A stretch of 64,000 nucleotides of DNA from Laetmonice hystrix (taxonomy: Eukaryota): positions 21,578,001-21,642,000 of the forward strand of contig OZ249436.1 in the NCBI GenBank assembly GCA_965235115.1, in the 5' to 3' direction. Under the pieces are notes generated by a model. The model was not told the DNA's origin, did no database searches, and was given only the letters and a program-made list of their open reading frames with translations. The translations under genes were made by a program, and so were the position numbers. Position 1 is the stretch's first letter. Every line of letters starts with the position of its first letter. Shown here one piece after another: positions 63,539-64,000 of this stretch.

Positions 63539-64000
63539 GGTTTTCTATTGTTTCGAGGGTGAAACTTAGTGAGCACACGTGTGCCGCAGTTGGGCAATGA
63601 GAATTATACTAATATGGACGACATGACTGCAGAGAAAACAGACCACGACACCAGGTCAGAGGCTGTGTATGATTCATAGGCTAGGTCTTTGCTCCAGTTG
63701 CATAATGCCTATCTGTTGACATATTTACATCTAGATCTGTTAACCCTTTCCAGTGGTATCCAGTGTCACATAAAATCGTGCTACGACCGTCGTGCGGATA
63801 GCCTCGGCCATAAATATAATAACGATCGCAGGGAGCTGCCATGTGGCTCGCGAAGTGAGCCCTATACCCAAAGGATCGAGGATGGTGCATTAACCGGACA
63901 TGGAAATCCATGGAGGTTTTGGTGGTATTACAGAGCCGGCAAAATTGGAGCAATCTAATTGGCTTAAATTGTACTGCATCGAAATTCAAATTTCCCAAAC

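Noticed and set aside
63681..63998. 105-aa and 89-aa ORFs at the window end
   Set aside because: No motif or clear splice link. The CpG-rich patch more likely belongs to the 5'/promoter region of the unknown gene.

Overview
This is eukaryotic (metazoan, probably invertebrate) genomic DNA, not prokaryotic, so most ORF-track entries are exon fragments or spurious. I reconstructed four spliced genes by hand, all on the minus strand, and checked splice sites and reading phase at every junction. (1) An annexin A7/A11-like gene (14 coding exons, ~554 aa, 1728-12677) with an unusual His/Lys/Ser-rich N-terminal exon. (2) An ETNPPL/PHYKPL (AGXT2L)-type class-III PLP phospho-lyase (11 exons, ~490 aa, 20707-44444). 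(3) Cyclin F (14 coding exons, ~816 aa, 47823-55865). (4) An unidentified ~520-aa protein (60086-63538) whose frame requires an 11-nt microexon and a GC-AG intron. Introns and intergenic DNA hold many non-autonomous DNA transposons (MULE-, Kolobok-, hAT-, PIF-like and TA-flanked foldbacks, some nested), a decayed Tc1 transposase, LINE and SINE remnants, a 45-bp minisatellite and an ~830-bp polypurine tract. I found no rRNA, tRNA or CRISPR array, and no convincing new multi-gene system. The best leads are the atypical annexin N-terminus with its duplicated exon copy, and the unidentified gene.
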